A stretch of 64,000 bases of DNA from assembly GCA_040830765.1 (NCBI GenBank), contig JBFOMH010000026.1, positions 1 through 64,000 on the forward strand, given 5' to 3'. Shown here piece by piece: positions 27,038 to 37,215 of the stretch. This stretch comes from Puniceicoccaceae bacterium (lineage in GTDB: Bacteria; Verrucomicrobiota; Verrucomicrobiia; Opitutales; Oceanipulchritudinaceae). The position numbers and the translations under genes are program-made. Every line of letters begins with the position of its first letter. Position 1 is the first letter of the stretch. The notes below the pieces were generated by a model. That model saw only the letters and a program-made list of their open reading frames with translations. It was not told the origin of the DNA and made no database searches.

Positions 27038-27644
27038 GGGATTTCGAGAGAAGGCTTGCCCAAGCAGAATACTGAGTAGTGGCTGGGTGGAGACCGTCCT
27101 CGGCAAAGGCTTCCTCTTTCCCGGCAAATTTACGGGTCAGGTTTGTCCAGTTGACGAATGGGATATTCTCGGAGGAAGCGGCCCGTTCAAAATCATTGTT
27201 GTAGGTGTCGATTGCCGTGGCGATGGCATCCGCATCCCGGTCGATGGCAAAGGGGCTGATTCCCCAATCAGGTATACTCAGCATGAGCACCACAGAATCA
27301 CTAGCCCCACGCAGGGAAAGTGACTGCCCTACAAGATTCTCAATATCCTTCTTGAAGGTCGTCATGTCCAATCCCTGATACTGGTTGTTCACCCCGATGC
27401 AGAGGGTGATAAAGTCCCATTCCGGCTCCAGTTTGGCTTCGCTAAGGGTCTGCAGGAGGTCCGTGGTGGTCCAACCGGTTTGGGCGAGGATGTGGGCGCG
27501 GGCAATGGTTGCCCCTTGTTCCTGCAGTAGCTCATGCAGTTGGAAGGGCCAGCCCTCCTCAAGTGTGACGCCTTCCCCAATGGTGTAGGAGTCGCCCAGG
27601 TGGAGACACTTGAGAGGACGATCAGGTAACCGGACCGGCTGCAT
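27003..27644 (-). CDS. SGNH/GDSL hydrolase
   Basis: LGDSYTIGE (block I), TGWTT, IGVNNQY (block III) and DGLHP (block V). Start ATG 27644 overlaps the kynU 3' end. Confidence 0.9.
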   Translation of the reverse strand: MQPVRLPDRPLKCLHLGDSYTIGEGVTLEEGWPFQLHELLQEQGATIARAHILAQTGWTTTDLLQTLSEAKLEPEWDFITLCIGVNNQYQGLDMTTFKKDIENLVGQSLSLRGASDSVVLMLSIPDWGISPFAIDRDADAIATAIDTYNNDFERAASSENIPFVNWTNLTRKFAGKEEAFAEDGLHPATTQYSAWASLLSKSLIPAHPEGGAG

Positions 27645-28902
27645 GGTCGAATCCCTCGTATTCGCGGTTGACGACAATCTGCCGGATCCGTTCGGCGGCG
27701 CGGACAATATCGCTGTAGGATAGGAAGAGTGGGGCGATGCCCAGGCGAAGGTTGTCGGGGGTACGGAAATCCGGAATGATGGCAGGCGCATCGCTTTTGG
27801 GCTCTATCATGGCCTTGTTGATGCGGAAGGCCTCGGGATGGCGGAAGGCGATGTGGGAACCGCGGATGGCGGAGTCGCGCGGACTGCCGAGTTCAAAGCG
27901 CAACGGTTCGAGGAATGTGTCGAACAGTTCCAGGAATAGGTCCGATTGGCGAATGCTCTTCTCGCGGATTCGCTCAATACCGGCCTCCAGAAGCAGGCGG
28001 ATACCCGGTTCGACCGCCTGTAGCGAAATGATTGGAGGTGTCCCGACGAGGAACCGGCGAATGCCCTTGGCGGCCTCATAGTCCAAATTGAATTGGAACG
28101 GATTCGTTGTACCGAACCAGCCGGCTAGCTGCGGTTGAAGGGACTCCTGCAGGTCCTTCCTCACATAGAGGAAGGCAGGGGCACCGGGTCCACCGTTGAG
28201 GAACTTGTAACTGCAGCCAACCGCCATGTCGACGCCCCAGTCCGAAAGATTAATGGGGACAGAGCCCACCGAATGGCTTACGTCAGCCAGGACTAGGGCA
28301 CCTTTTTCATGAGCGGCGGAGCAGATGGCTTTCAGGTCGTGCATGAATCCCGACTTGAAGACAACATGGCTGACCGTGACCAGGGCGGTGTCCTCCGTAA
28401 TGGCACCCACCATGTCCTCCGTACCGACCGTCAGGCCGTCCCAGGAGGCAACCCGGTTGATGGAGTGATGGTTGCCGAGCATGCCGAGGAGGGCGTTGAG
28501 GGTGTAGAGGTCGGAAGGGAAGTTCAGGTCGTCGGTCAAAATACTGCCTCTGCCTTCCCGGTGGGCAAGGGCGGCCGCGCTCAGCTTAAAGAGATTGACC
28601 GTGACCGAGTCGGCAAAACAAACCTCTCCTGGAGCAGCTCCGAGCAGCGGGGCCAAGAGGTCACCCATGGCCTCCGGGAGACCATGCCACTTGTTGTTCC
28701 ATGAGCGGATGAGTTGCTGGGCCCAGTCCTCCTCGACGGCCCGGGAAAGCAGTCCCGCTGTTTCCCTGGGAAGGGGTCCGAGGGAGTTGCCATCGAGGTA
28801 AATGATACTGTCGAGACCGGTGAAGGAGGTACGAAATGGGGCCAGCGGGTCCGCCGCATCCAACTCCTCGGCCTGCTTGAGAAATGCTTCGATTGCCTGC
28901 AC
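27622..28902 (-). CDS. kynU: Kynureninase
   Basis: ELDAADPL, IYLDGNSLG, NFPSDLY, DVSHSVGSVP, VGCSYKFLNGGPGAP, GTPP and DFRTPDNLRLG motifs. Confidence 0.95.
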   Translation of the reverse strand: MQAIEAFLKQAEELDAADPLAPFRTSFTGLDSIIYLDGNSLGPLPRETAGLLSRAVEEDWAQQLIRSWNNKWHGLPEAMGDLLAPLLGAAPGEVCFADSVTVNLFKLSAAALAHREGRGSILTDDLNFPSDLYTLNALLGMLGNHHSINRVASWDGLTVGTEDMVGAITEDTALVTVSHVVFKSGFMHDLKAICSAAHEKGALVLADVSHSVGSVPINLSDWGVDMAVGCSYKFLNGGPGAPAFLYVRKDLQESLQPQLAGWFGTTNPFQFNLDYEAAKGIRRFLVGTPPIISLQAVEPGIRLLLEAGIERIREKSIRQSDLFLELFDTFLEPLRFELGSPRDSAIRGSHIAFRHPEAFRINKAMIEPKSDAPAIIPDFRTPDNLRLGIAPLFLSYSDIVRAAERIRQIVVNREYEGFDHAAGPVT

Positions 28903-29006
28903 CCCGGCAATGATGTGGGAAACTTGGTTAAGGACAAATGAATTTGGCAGATAAGTTCCGTCTCCACCGGCTTGCGAATTCAGTGATTGTGGCCATTGAT
29001 GACCTT

Positions 29007-30890
29007 ATGAAGTTTATCAAAATGCTGATCCATCTCTCTATCGCCTTCTGCCTGCTTGCTCCTCAGCTTCTGGCGGAAAAGACGATTATTACGGAAGCCG
29101 ACCAGTTGCCCCGGGTTGCCTTTCCCTTTGACGGCAATGTGGTCGAACTGGTTTCTGACCATGAGGCCCTCTCTGGATTCATTGCAAAAATGGAGGCGGA
29201 GATCCTTCGCCAGTTGGATATCTATGACATTCAGGACAATGCGACGGTCCGTGGCTACAAGAGCAACTTGCGCACGGCAGCGCTGCTTCGCGGGGAATAT
29301 GCTGAGGCCCTTGAAATGACCCTCCAGATCCGGGACATGTATGAAAAGCCAGCCGATCGCCTGACCTACGGCTTGATCACGGAATCCCTCCTCGAAACAT
29401 ATATCGAGAGCGGAGACTCCCTCGATGAGGCGGCCGTGGCCACCTTCAAGCAACGCTACGAGGCCAAGGTGGCACCGCTTTCCTGGGATGTCGTCCAAGA
29501 TCAGATAGAACAGGCTAATGGCGTCTACCAGTATATTTCCGAAGCGCTTGTCCTGGGAGGCTTGGAAGCGCAGATGCAAAACACCGTCGACCAGAATAGC
29601 GAATTGACGGTTGCGGATGTAGCCGGGCTGGCATCATCAGCGTTTATGATGAAGCACCTGATGCCAGTTAAGGAAGTTGTGGTTGAAGTGACGGGTGACT
29701 ACATCGCAGCCAATCGTGTCGAAAAGGAAGACATCTGGGCGGATCGGTCGTTTGACTTGAACGGTGCCCAAGGGCTGACCCCGGTTGTCGTGGCGATCTG
29801 GGACTCCGGGGTTGATGCGGAAATCTTCGAGCCGCTAGGTCAAATGTGGACCAATCCGAATGAGGAGCTAAACGGTGAGGATGATGATGGGAACGGCTTT
29901 GTGGACGATATTTATGGCCCGGCATGGGACGAGGATTCCTACAAAACCACCGGTAACCTTTTTCCCCTGACTGAGGAACAATTAGCCGAATATCCCAATG
30001 ATCTGGATTTCACGAAAGGACTTATGGATTTGCAATCGGCTGTCGACAGCGAGGAAGCGGCCAAGACCCGCCAGCGCATGGCGAGCCTCCAGCGGGAAGA
30101 CTTCACCGACTTTGCTGAGAGTCTGGGTCTCTTCGGAAACTACACCCATGGAACACATGTGGCCGGTATTGCTGCCGCCGGCAATCCGGCTATCCGTCTG
30201 ATGAGCGCTCGCTTGTCCCTTGCATACAAAGTCATCCCGCCGGAACCAACGCTTGAGGAAGCCGTGCGTGGCGCCAATGAGATACGCGAGTTTGCGGATT
30301 ATCTCAAGAAGGCAAACGTCCGTGTGGTCAACATGAGCTTCGGCGGGAACCAGGCAATGTACGAATACGCCCTGGAGGCGAACGGAATCGGTGATTCCCC
30401 GGAGCATCGGGCCCAGGTCGCCCGAATCCTCTTTGATCTGGCTTATGACTCGCTATACGAGATGATGGAAAGTGCTCCGGAGATTCTCTTTATTCCCGCA
30501 GCGGGCAACTCGGATGATGATGTCAACTTCACCAAGGACATCCCGAGTTCCATCGACCTGCCGAATGTTCTTGTTGTGGGAGCTGTTGACCAGGCAGGTG
30601 ACGAAACCGGATTTACGAGCTACGGTAAGAACGTCCGCGTGCATGCCAACGGCTTCGAAGTGCCGAGTTACGTCCCCGGTGGACGCGTTATGGAGTTTTC
30701 AGGGACCTCAATGTCGGCTCCCAATGTGACCAACCTTGCCGCCAAGTTGCTGGCCATCAATCCGGAATTGACCCCGGAAGAGGTCATTGAACTGATTCGC
30801 GAGGGCATTGATGTGACCGAGGATGGACGGCGCTACCTAATTAATCCGATGAAGAGTGTCATGCTGCTGATGCAGCGGATGGCCGGCTGA
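29007..30890 (+). CDS. Secreted subtilisin-like (S8) serine peptidase
   Basis: Signal peptide from ATG 29007. Catalytic IWDSGVD, HGTHVAG, AAGN and GTSMS. Long N-terminal helical region. Confidence 0.92.
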   Translation: MKFIKMLIHLSIAFCLLAPQLLAEKTIITEADQLPRVAFPFDGNVVELVSDHEALSGFIAKMEAEILRQLDIYDIQDNATVRGYKSNLRTAALLRGEYAEALEMTLQIRDMYEKPADRLTYGLITESLLETYIESGDSLDEAAVATFKQRYEAKVAPLSWDVVQDQIEQANGVYQYISEALVLGGLEAQMQNTVDQNSELTVADVAGLASSAFMMKHLMPVKEVVVEVTGDYIAANRVEKEDIWADRSFDLNGAQGLTPVVVAIWDSGVDAEIFEPLGQMWTNPNEELNGEDDDGNGFVDDIYGPAWDEDSYKTTGNLFPLTEEQLAEYPNDLDFTKGLMDLQSAVDSEEAAKTRQRMASLQREDFTDFAESLGLFGNYTHGTHVAGIAAAGNPAIRLMSARLSLAYKVIPPEPTLEEAVRGANEIREFADYLKKANVRVVNMSFGGNQAMYEYALEANGIGDSPEHRAQVARILFDLAYDSLYEMMESAPEILFIPAAGNSDDDVNFTKDIPSSIDLPNVLVVGAVDQAGDETGFTSYGKNVRVHANGFEVPSYVPGGRVMEFSGTSMSAPNVTNLAAKLLAINPELTPEEVIELIREGIDVTEDGRRYLINPMKSVMLLMQRMAG

Positions 30891-30966
30891 CCGCCTCGGT
30901 TTTGTCCAACAATTTTCGGGAATTTACCCACCATAGCGGTGGTGGGCGGGTGAAACATGCGGCAGC

Positions 30967-32826
30967 ATGACTTCCATGAGCATGCGAGTCCGGTTTTATT
31001 TCCTGTCCCTGATAATGTCCCTTGCACCGCTGGTTCACGGGATCACCCTTGAACGGGTTGAGCCCTTGAACTGGTGGGCGGGGATGAAGCAGAGCCAGTT
31101 GCAACTCCTCATTTACGGGGAAGGGGTGGGGCTCTTGAGCCCTCGCATCGAGGACGATGCCATTCGCATCGCTGACGTCGTCCGGGTCGAGAATCCGAAT
31201 TACCTCTTCATCTATCTTGATTTGGAGAATACACCCGCCGGCACCTACGCGATCGACCTTCTTGAGGTTGATACGGTGGTCGCCAGTTTCCCATACGAAC
31301 TGCAAGAGCGTAAGGCTGGTTCCTCGGATCGGGAAGGATTCGATGCCTCCGATGTCATTTACCTGATAACTCCGGACCGGTTTGCCAACGGGGATCCCTC
31401 CAATGATGAAGTGGAGGGCTACTCCGAAAAGATCGATCGCTCAGACAAGAGTGGCCGCCATGGTGGCGACCTGCAGGGCGTCATCGACCATCTCGATTAC
31501 ATTGCTGAGATGGGCTTCACCGCCATCTGGTTGAATCCCGTCCTTGAGAACAATATCGAGCGAGCCTATCATGGCTACGCCACGACCGATTTCTACAAGG
31601 TGGATCCACGGTTCGGGACGAACGAGCAGTTTCAGGAATTATCACGCCTGGCCGCGGAACGCGGTATCAAGATCATCCAGGACATGATTCCCAATCATGC
31701 CGGCTTGCCCCACTGGTTTGTGCAGGATCCTCCCATGAAGGACTGGATCAATTTCGGTGGTGAATTTGTCGTTACAAGCCATAGGCGGCAAACGAACCAG
31801 GATATCTACGCCTCGGACTACGACAAGCGGAAGCATGCCGACGGCTGGTTTGTCCGGGTGATGCCAGACCTCAACCAGCGCGAGCCTCTAATGGCCGACT
31901 ACCTGACACAGAATGCCATCTGGTGGGTTGAGTATGCGGATCTTGGTGGTATCCGGGTCGATACCTGGCCTTATCCCGACAAGGACTTCATGGCCCAATG
32001 GACAAAGGATATTCTTACCGAGTATCCGAACCTCAACATCGTCGGTGAGGAGTGGTCCTTGGATGTGCCGATCATTGCCTACTGGCAGCGGGGCAAGGTC
32101 AATCATGACGGCTACGTCTCCCACGCGCCCAGCATGATGGACTTTCCGTTGCAGGATGCCGTTGTCGAAAGCCTGACGGATGAACCGAGGGAGTATCATG
32201 AGCCGCTTCTGCGGATGTATGAGGTCCTGTCCCTCGATTACCTCTATCCGGACCCGGCCAACCTGGTCATCTTTCCAGACAACCATGACATGGCGCGCTT
32301 CTTTACCCAGGTTGAGGAGGACATCGACCTTTTCAGGATGGGTCTGATCTACTTCCTGACCATGCGGGGCATCCCGCAGATCTACTATGGTACGGAAATC
32401 CTCATGGACAGTACCGAGGACCCTGATGACCATGGTATCATTCGGACCGACTTTCCCGGAGGCTGGGCAGGGGATCCGGTTAATGCCTTTACCGGGGAGG
32501 GACTTACCCTCAAGCAGACGAAGGCCAAGGCCTTCCTCCGCAAACTTCTCAACTGGCGCAAGTCTGCCGAGGTGATCCATTCCGGCCGCTTGATGCACTT
32601 TGCTCCGGATGACGGCGTATATGCCTACTTCCGCTATCACGATGACGCATCAGTCATGGTGGTGTTCAACCACAATCGTGAAGATCTGGAGATCGATCTG
32701 GAGCCGTTTGCAGAGCGATTGGAGGGATATTCAACAGCGCGGGACGTGATTGACCTTTCGATACACAATCTGGAGAAGAACCTCCCGGTTCCTGCCCGGA
32801 CAGCGCTGGTCCTGGAACTCAATTAG
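30967..32826 (+). CDS. GH13 cyclomaltodextrinase/neopullulanase (SusA-like), exported
   Basis: RVEPLNWWAGM N-domain, YLITPDRFANGD, GGDLQG, YHGY, GIRVDT, VGEEW, DNHD and YYGTE motifs. Confidence 0.92.
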   Translation: MTSMSMRVRFYFLSLIMSLAPLVHGITLERVEPLNWWAGMKQSQLQLLIYGEGVGLLSPRIEDDAIRIADVVRVENPNYLFIYLDLENTPAGTYAIDLLEVDTVVASFPYELQERKAGSSDREGFDASDVIYLITPDRFANGDPSNDEVEGYSEKIDRSDKSGRHGGDLQGVIDHLDYIAEMGFTAIWLNPVLENNIERAYHGYATTDFYKVDPRFGTNEQFQELSRLAAERGIKIIQDMIPNHAGLPHWFVQDPPMKDWINFGGEFVVTSHRRQTNQDIYASDYDKRKHADGWFVRVMPDLNQREPLMADYLTQNAIWWVEYADLGGIRVDTWPYPDKDFMAQWTKDILTEYPNLNIVGEEWSLDVPIIAYWQRGKVNHDGYVSHAPSMMDFPLQDAVVESLTDEPREYHEPLLRMYEVLSLDYLYPDPANLVIFPDNHDMARFFTQVEEDIDLFRMGLIYFLTMRGIPQIYYGTEILMDSTEDPDDHGIIRTDFPGGWAGDPVNAFTGEGLTLKQTKAKAFLRKLLNWRKSAEVIHSGRLMHFAPDDGVYAYFRYHDDASVMVVFNHNREDLEIDLEPFAERLEGYSTARDVIDLSIHNLEKNLPVPARTALVLELN

Positions 32827-32835
32827 CGAATCCGT

Positions 32836-33996
32836 TCAGTCTCGTTTCAATCCCGGCTTCCGGCTAAGGACGAAGAGTAGCAGGACAAGGCTGAATCCGG
32901 CGAGAACAGCGATTATCCGGAACATGATGGGATAGCCAAAGAGATCGGACAGCCAGCCCATGAGGAAGGAACCGGTGGTCATGCCAGCCATCTTGGTTGA
33001 TATGAGCAGGGTGACGGCGGTGGCCCGCCGGGTAGGGCCACAGAGCAGGGTGACAAAGACAATGGAAGCGACTTCCCGTCCGGCCCAGCCAAAGCCGTGG
33101 AAGAGCTGGGGCAGCCAGAGCCACTCGGGTGCAGTCATGAAGGAAGCCGTCAGGAGGCGCAGGGACTGGGCACTGAATCCGAGGATAAGGATCAGGTTGG
33201 CCCCTTTCCAGTCGACCCAGCGGCCCGTCAGCGGAAGAAAGATGAAGCCAAGAAAACCGTTCAAACTGGAAAGAACCCCGATCCACTCCAAGGGTGCGCC
33301 GAGCGACTTGGCGAAGCTGTTGTAGAAGCCGTTAATCGCCGGGTCGGTCAGGCTGACAAGGAAGTTTGCCGCGAGAAACCAGTAAAGGAGAGTGGGCAGC
33401 TTCTGAGAAAAGGCGGCTTCTTCGGATGCCGTCCGTGGCTGTGGACGATCGAGGGAAAAAACAAAGATCAGCGACAGAGGCAGCAGGGCTGCCGCGACGA
33501 TGGCGATATTCGTTATCGAGGAAAGAAGGGCCGGAAGCAAAAGGGTAGCCGCCATGAACCCGATAGAGCCATAGGACCGGTAATCCCCGTATCCTTCACC
33601 CTCACTGCCTTGGGCGAGGTTACCAAGAACCAGTGCCGGCATTACCCCCATTATGGTCGGAAAGAGGACGCCCCGGAGGATGGCGTAGAAGAGAAAGTCC
33701 GAGGGAGAATCCGCGTAGGCGAACCAAAGAAGACAGAAACTCAGGCCGATGGTCCCGATGGCGATGAGGCGGCGATGAAATCGGAACCGGTCAGCCACCC
33801 GACCCCAAAACGGGCTGGTAATGATGATAAGGGCATTTTCCAGGGCCAGTAGCAGGCCGATAAGGGTCCCGTTCAGGCCTTGTTCCATCATATGGACGGC
33901 CTCATAGACACTCAATTGTGCCGCACAGCCGATTTGCAGGAAACAGGAACCACGGGCATGCCACAGCTTACGGCGCAGGTCAGGTTCGCCAGCCAT
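32836..33996 (-). CDS. MFS transporter (MFS_1-like)
   Basis: PFWGRVADR and YGDYRSYGSIGF motifs, with about 12 hydrophobic segments. Confidence 0.85.
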   Translation of the reverse strand: MAGEPDLRRKLWHARGSCFLQIGCAAQLSVYEAVHMMEQGLNGTLIGLLLALENALIIITSPFWGRVADRFRFHRRLIAIGTIGLSFCLLWFAYADSPSDFLFYAILRGVLFPTIMGVMPALVLGNLAQGSEGEGYGDYRSYGSIGFMAATLLLPALLSSITNIAIVAAALLPLSLIFVFSLDRPQPRTASEEAAFSQKLPTLLYWFLAANFLVSLTDPAINGFYNSFAKSLGAPLEWIGVLSSLNGFLGFIFLPLTGRWVDWKGANLILILGFSAQSLRLLTASFMTAPEWLWLPQLFHGFGWAGREVASIVFVTLLCGPTRRATAVTLLISTKMAGMTTGSFLMGWLSDLFGYPIMFRIIAVLAGFSLVLLLFVLSRKPGLKRD

Positions 33997-34075
33997 GGGT
34001 GTTGCTCAGGTACATTTGGGTAGATGTGGAGTTAATGGGGCAGGGGATTCATTAAGTGTGACCGCTGGCGGGTGG

Positions 34076-36163
34076 TCAATTGCCTAAATAGCGCCACCCC
34101 GGAGCACTGTCCCAGACATATGCCCAAAGTCCCTCCCCGGACTCGAGCCAGTACATCCAATTATTCTCCGTCATGTCGAAGGCATAGACACCTCCACCGA
34201 CCAGGAAGGGAGGGAAGTACAGCCAACCGGTCCCATAGAGGTACCCCATTGGAAACGCCTCCAGATTGAGATATCCCATCCAGGAGCTGGCAGTTCCCTC
34301 AAAAAGATCTGCCTTTGGGAAAAGGTAACGGAAGTAACCGTTATCTCCTTCAAAGATGTGACTGAAACCAAACGGAAACAGCGGGTCATAACTTTCATCG
34401 CCCACATTGACCGGAACCCCGTCATTGCGGGGCCATGAATGGGAAAGGGTCCCCGTCGGGATGACGTCACCGAAGAGGACATCCGTCACGCCCTGTCCTT
34501 CCGTTCCCGGAAGCCAGGCCGCAACTGTGGCATCCCAGCTGGAAAGTTCGCTTTCAATATACAGCGGCCGGCCTGATATCAGGACGACAATGACTGGTAC
34601 GCCAGATGCCTTGATCCGGTCCGCGACCTGGGAATCGCTGCGAGACAAGTACAGGTTGCTGGTATCGCCAAAGCCTTCGGCGTAAGGTAATTCCCCAACG
34701 ACAACAATTCCCACATCCGCCCCGGCAGCTCCGGTACCATCGATGGAGTAGGTGACGGTCGTTTCGGGCGATACGGCAGCTTCGATGGCTTCAAGGATAG
34801 AGGTGCCGATCGTGGTCTCTCCGGATGAGCCCTGCCAGGAAATGGTCCATCCACCGCATTGATTGCCAATGTCATCGGCGTTGCTTCCCGCCACATGGAT
34901 GCGAGCCAGATCCTTTGACAATGGGAGTAAGGCTGAGTCGTCCTTCAGAACCACCAATGACTCGGCAACGGCCTGACGTGCCACTTGACGGTGTTCCGGG
35001 CTGCCGACCATGGGCAGCAGTTCACGCCGGGCAAGCGGTTCTTCAAACAGACCCGACTCAAATTTAATCCGGAGGATTCGGCGGACGGCATCATCAATGC
35101 GGGAAAGCGGGACCTGGCCGCCGTCAACAGCGCTTCGCAGCGTGCTGATGAAGTTCTTGTAGTCATAAGGCACCATGACCATGTCAATTCCGGCATTGAT
35201 GGCAGTGGCAACTGCGGTGAAGTAATCCCGGTCCACCTGGTCGACACCTGCCCAGTCAGAGAGGAGAAGACCGTCGAATCCCAGTTCTTCCTTGAGGACA
35301 TCCGTCAGGAGATACTGGTCACCGTGCACCTTGAGCCCATTCCAGCTGGAATAGGAAACCATGATGGTTCGTGCCCCGGCCTCAATGGCATCGATGTAGG
35401 GGGCAATGTGGATGTCCCTCAATCCTTGTTCATCAATAACCGTGTCGCCCTGGTCGGTGCCGTTGGTTGTTCCCCCGTCGCCGGCAAAGTGCTTGATGCA
35501 GGCGAGAATGCTGCTGGATGCAGTCAAATCGGTCCCCTGGAATCCGTTCATGGCCGCCACACCCATCTGTGAGACAAGCGGCGTATATTCGCTGAAACTT
35601 TCGTAGGTCCGGCCCCACCATTCATTGCGGGCGACCGAAACAGCCGGGGCGAACGTCCAGTGCACCCCTGTTGCCGCAACCTCCTTGGCGGTCACCTCGG
35701 CAGCGCGCTGCATCAGCGCGGGATTACCGGTAGCTCCCATACCGATATTGTGAGGAAAGATAGTTGCTCCATAAACATTGCTATGTCCGTGTACGGCATC
35801 CACTCCATAAAGGATAGGAATGCCTAAACGTGTTGATAAAGAGATATTTATGTATCCATCAACCATATCCGCCCATGCTTCAGGATTGTTGGTCGCCGGA
35901 GCCTCACCCCCACCACTGAGAAGGGAACCCAGAAAATATGTGCTGATGTCCGAGTGGGGGATCACCGAACCAATATTGGCCTGGGTCATTTGCCCGATCT
36001 TCTCATCCAAGGTCATGCGTGAGAGGAGGTCTTCAACCCTATCATCAACCCCTGCCTCCGGATCCAGGTAGAGTGGCTCCTGCGAATAGAGCGGTGACGA
36101 CAGGGCCACGATGGCGAAGGAGAGGAAAATCAGCAAGCGGCACATATTAGGTTTCAGGGTCAT
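34076..36163 (-). CDS. GH3 beta-glucosidase/exo-1,3-beta-glucanase with Trp/Tyr-rich C-terminal tail
   Basis: MTLDEKIGQMTQ, YGVDAVHGH, WGRTYES, KHFAGDG, nucleophile LSDW, GIDMVM, VGELPYAEG and AWLPGTEG. About 90-aa aromatic tail after YDPLFPFGF. Confidence 0.93.
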   Translation of the reverse strand: MTLKPNMCRLLIFLSFAIVALSSPLYSQEPLYLDPEAGVDDRVEDLLSRMTLDEKIGQMTQANIGSVIPHSDISTYFLGSLLSGGGEAPATNNPEAWADMVDGYINISLSTRLGIPILYGVDAVHGHSNVYGATIFPHNIGMGATGNPALMQRAAEVTAKEVAATGVHWTFAPAVSVARNEWWGRTYESFSEYTPLVSQMGVAAMNGFQGTDLTASSSILACIKHFAGDGGTTNGTDQGDTVIDEQGLRDIHIAPYIDAIEAGARTIMVSYSSWNGLKVHGDQYLLTDVLKEELGFDGLLLSDWAGVDQVDRDYFTAVATAINAGIDMVMVPYDYKNFISTLRSAVDGGQVPLSRIDDAVRRILRIKFESGLFEEPLARRELLPMVGSPEHRQVARQAVAESLVVLKDDSALLPLSKDLARIHVAGSNADDIGNQCGGWTISWQGSSGETTIGTSILEAIEAAVSPETTVTYSIDGTGAAGADVGIVVVGELPYAEGFGDTSNLYLSRSDSQVADRIKASGVPVIVVLISGRPLYIESELSSWDATVAAWLPGTEGQGVTDVLFGDVIPTGTLSHSWPRNDGVPVNVGDESYDPLFPFGFSHIFEGDNGYFRYLFPKADLFEGTASSWMGYLNLEAFPMGYLYGTGWLYFPPFLVGGGVYAFDMTENNWMYWLESGEGLWAYVWDSAPGWRYLGN

Positions 36164-37067
36164 TGATTACGGGATTCGGAGATTGAAGCTTGGGATCCGA
36201 AAAACTGATCCTTGCTGTAACGGGAAAATGGTCAGATGGGGTATGGCCGTCCAATTGAAAGCGGACAATGGAAGCCGCTTCGACATGCAAATTGTTGGAA
36301 ACAAAGATATAATCGATTTTTTCGCCGTCCACGGCATTCTCAAAGCCGTTGAACGTGCCAACAATGGTTTCCCCGGGATACGCGGATCGAAAGCTGTCGA
36401 CAAGCTTTACGAGACTGACGCCAAGTGGCCCTGCATTGCCCTTCAGGTAATCAATTGTGGGATTGGATTCACCGGCATTGAAGTCCCCCATGGCAATGAA
36501 CGGTTCAGCGTGGGACCTGTTGTGGATGCGCTGGGCGAGCAGGAGGGCACTCTTCTCCCTCGATTTTTGCGACTGGTGGTCCCAGTGGGTATTGTAAAGG
36601 TAGAGGCGTTCTCCGGTCGCCTTGTCATGGAAACGTGCCCATGAGCAGATGCGAAGATGTCGATTGCCCCAGTGTGCCGAAGGAACCTCCGGCGTATCGG
36701 AGTACCAGAATGTGCCCTCCTCAAGGACTTTGAAACGTGCCTTTCTGTAGAGTATAGCGGAGTATTCACCTTTGCCATCCCCATCTCTTTCTTTTCCTGA
36801 GGCAGCATATTCCGGAAATGCCTCCAATACCTCATCAAGTTGAAACTGAAGAGCCTCCTGCAGGCCAAGGAGGTCCGGTGCCTGCTTCTGGATAACCTCC
36901 ATAACCATGTCACGGCGGTGCTCCCAACTGTCCTCTCCATCATCCGCCAATCCATAACGGATATTGAAGGTCATCAAATCAATTGAATCAGTGGCTCTGG
37001 CTGGGGATTTGGGAAGGAGGAAGCAGCAAATTATGCATGCAGTAAGGACGAGTGAGGGTTTCATCAT
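36147..37067 (-). CDS. Endonuclease/exonuclease/phosphatase (EEP) family protein, exported
   Basis: MTFNIRY, GLQEA, NTHWDH, MGDFN, IDYIF and PSDHFPV motifs. Signal peptide. Overlaps the GH3 start. Confidence 0.9.
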   Translation of the reverse strand: MMKPSLVLTACIICCFLLPKSPARATDSIDLMTFNIRYGLADDGEDSWEHRRDMVMEVIQKQAPDLLGLQEALQFQLDEVLEAFPEYAASGKERDGDGKGEYSAILYRKARFKVLEEGTFWYSDTPEVPSAHWGNRHLRICSWARFHDKATGERLYLYNTHWDHQSQKSREKSALLLAQRIHNRSHAEPFIAMGDFNAGESNPTIDYLKGNAGPLGVSLVKLVDSFRSAYPGETIVGTFNGFENAVDGEKIDYIFVSNNLHVEAASIVRFQLDGHTPSDHFPVTARISFSDPKLQSPNPVINDPET

Positions 37068-37154
37068 CAGGTAGGAAAGGTTCGATGGTGGGGAGTCTGG
37101 AGCGCTGGACAGTGTAGTCCAGAAAGAACGGGGGAAGGCGCGATTTGGGTAGGC

Positions 37155-37186
37155 AAAAAAGGGCTACTCACATGTGTGTGTGGCCC
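37155..37186 (-). terminator. Possible intrinsic terminator downstream of acr3
   Basis: On the minus strand, GGGCCACACACACATGTGAGTAGCCC forms an imperfect hairpin followed by TTTTTT, about 30 bp after the acr3 stop. Confidence 0.45.
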
Positions 37187-37215
37187 GGCAGGTTTTGTTC
37201 CAGAAAAAGTGGGTC

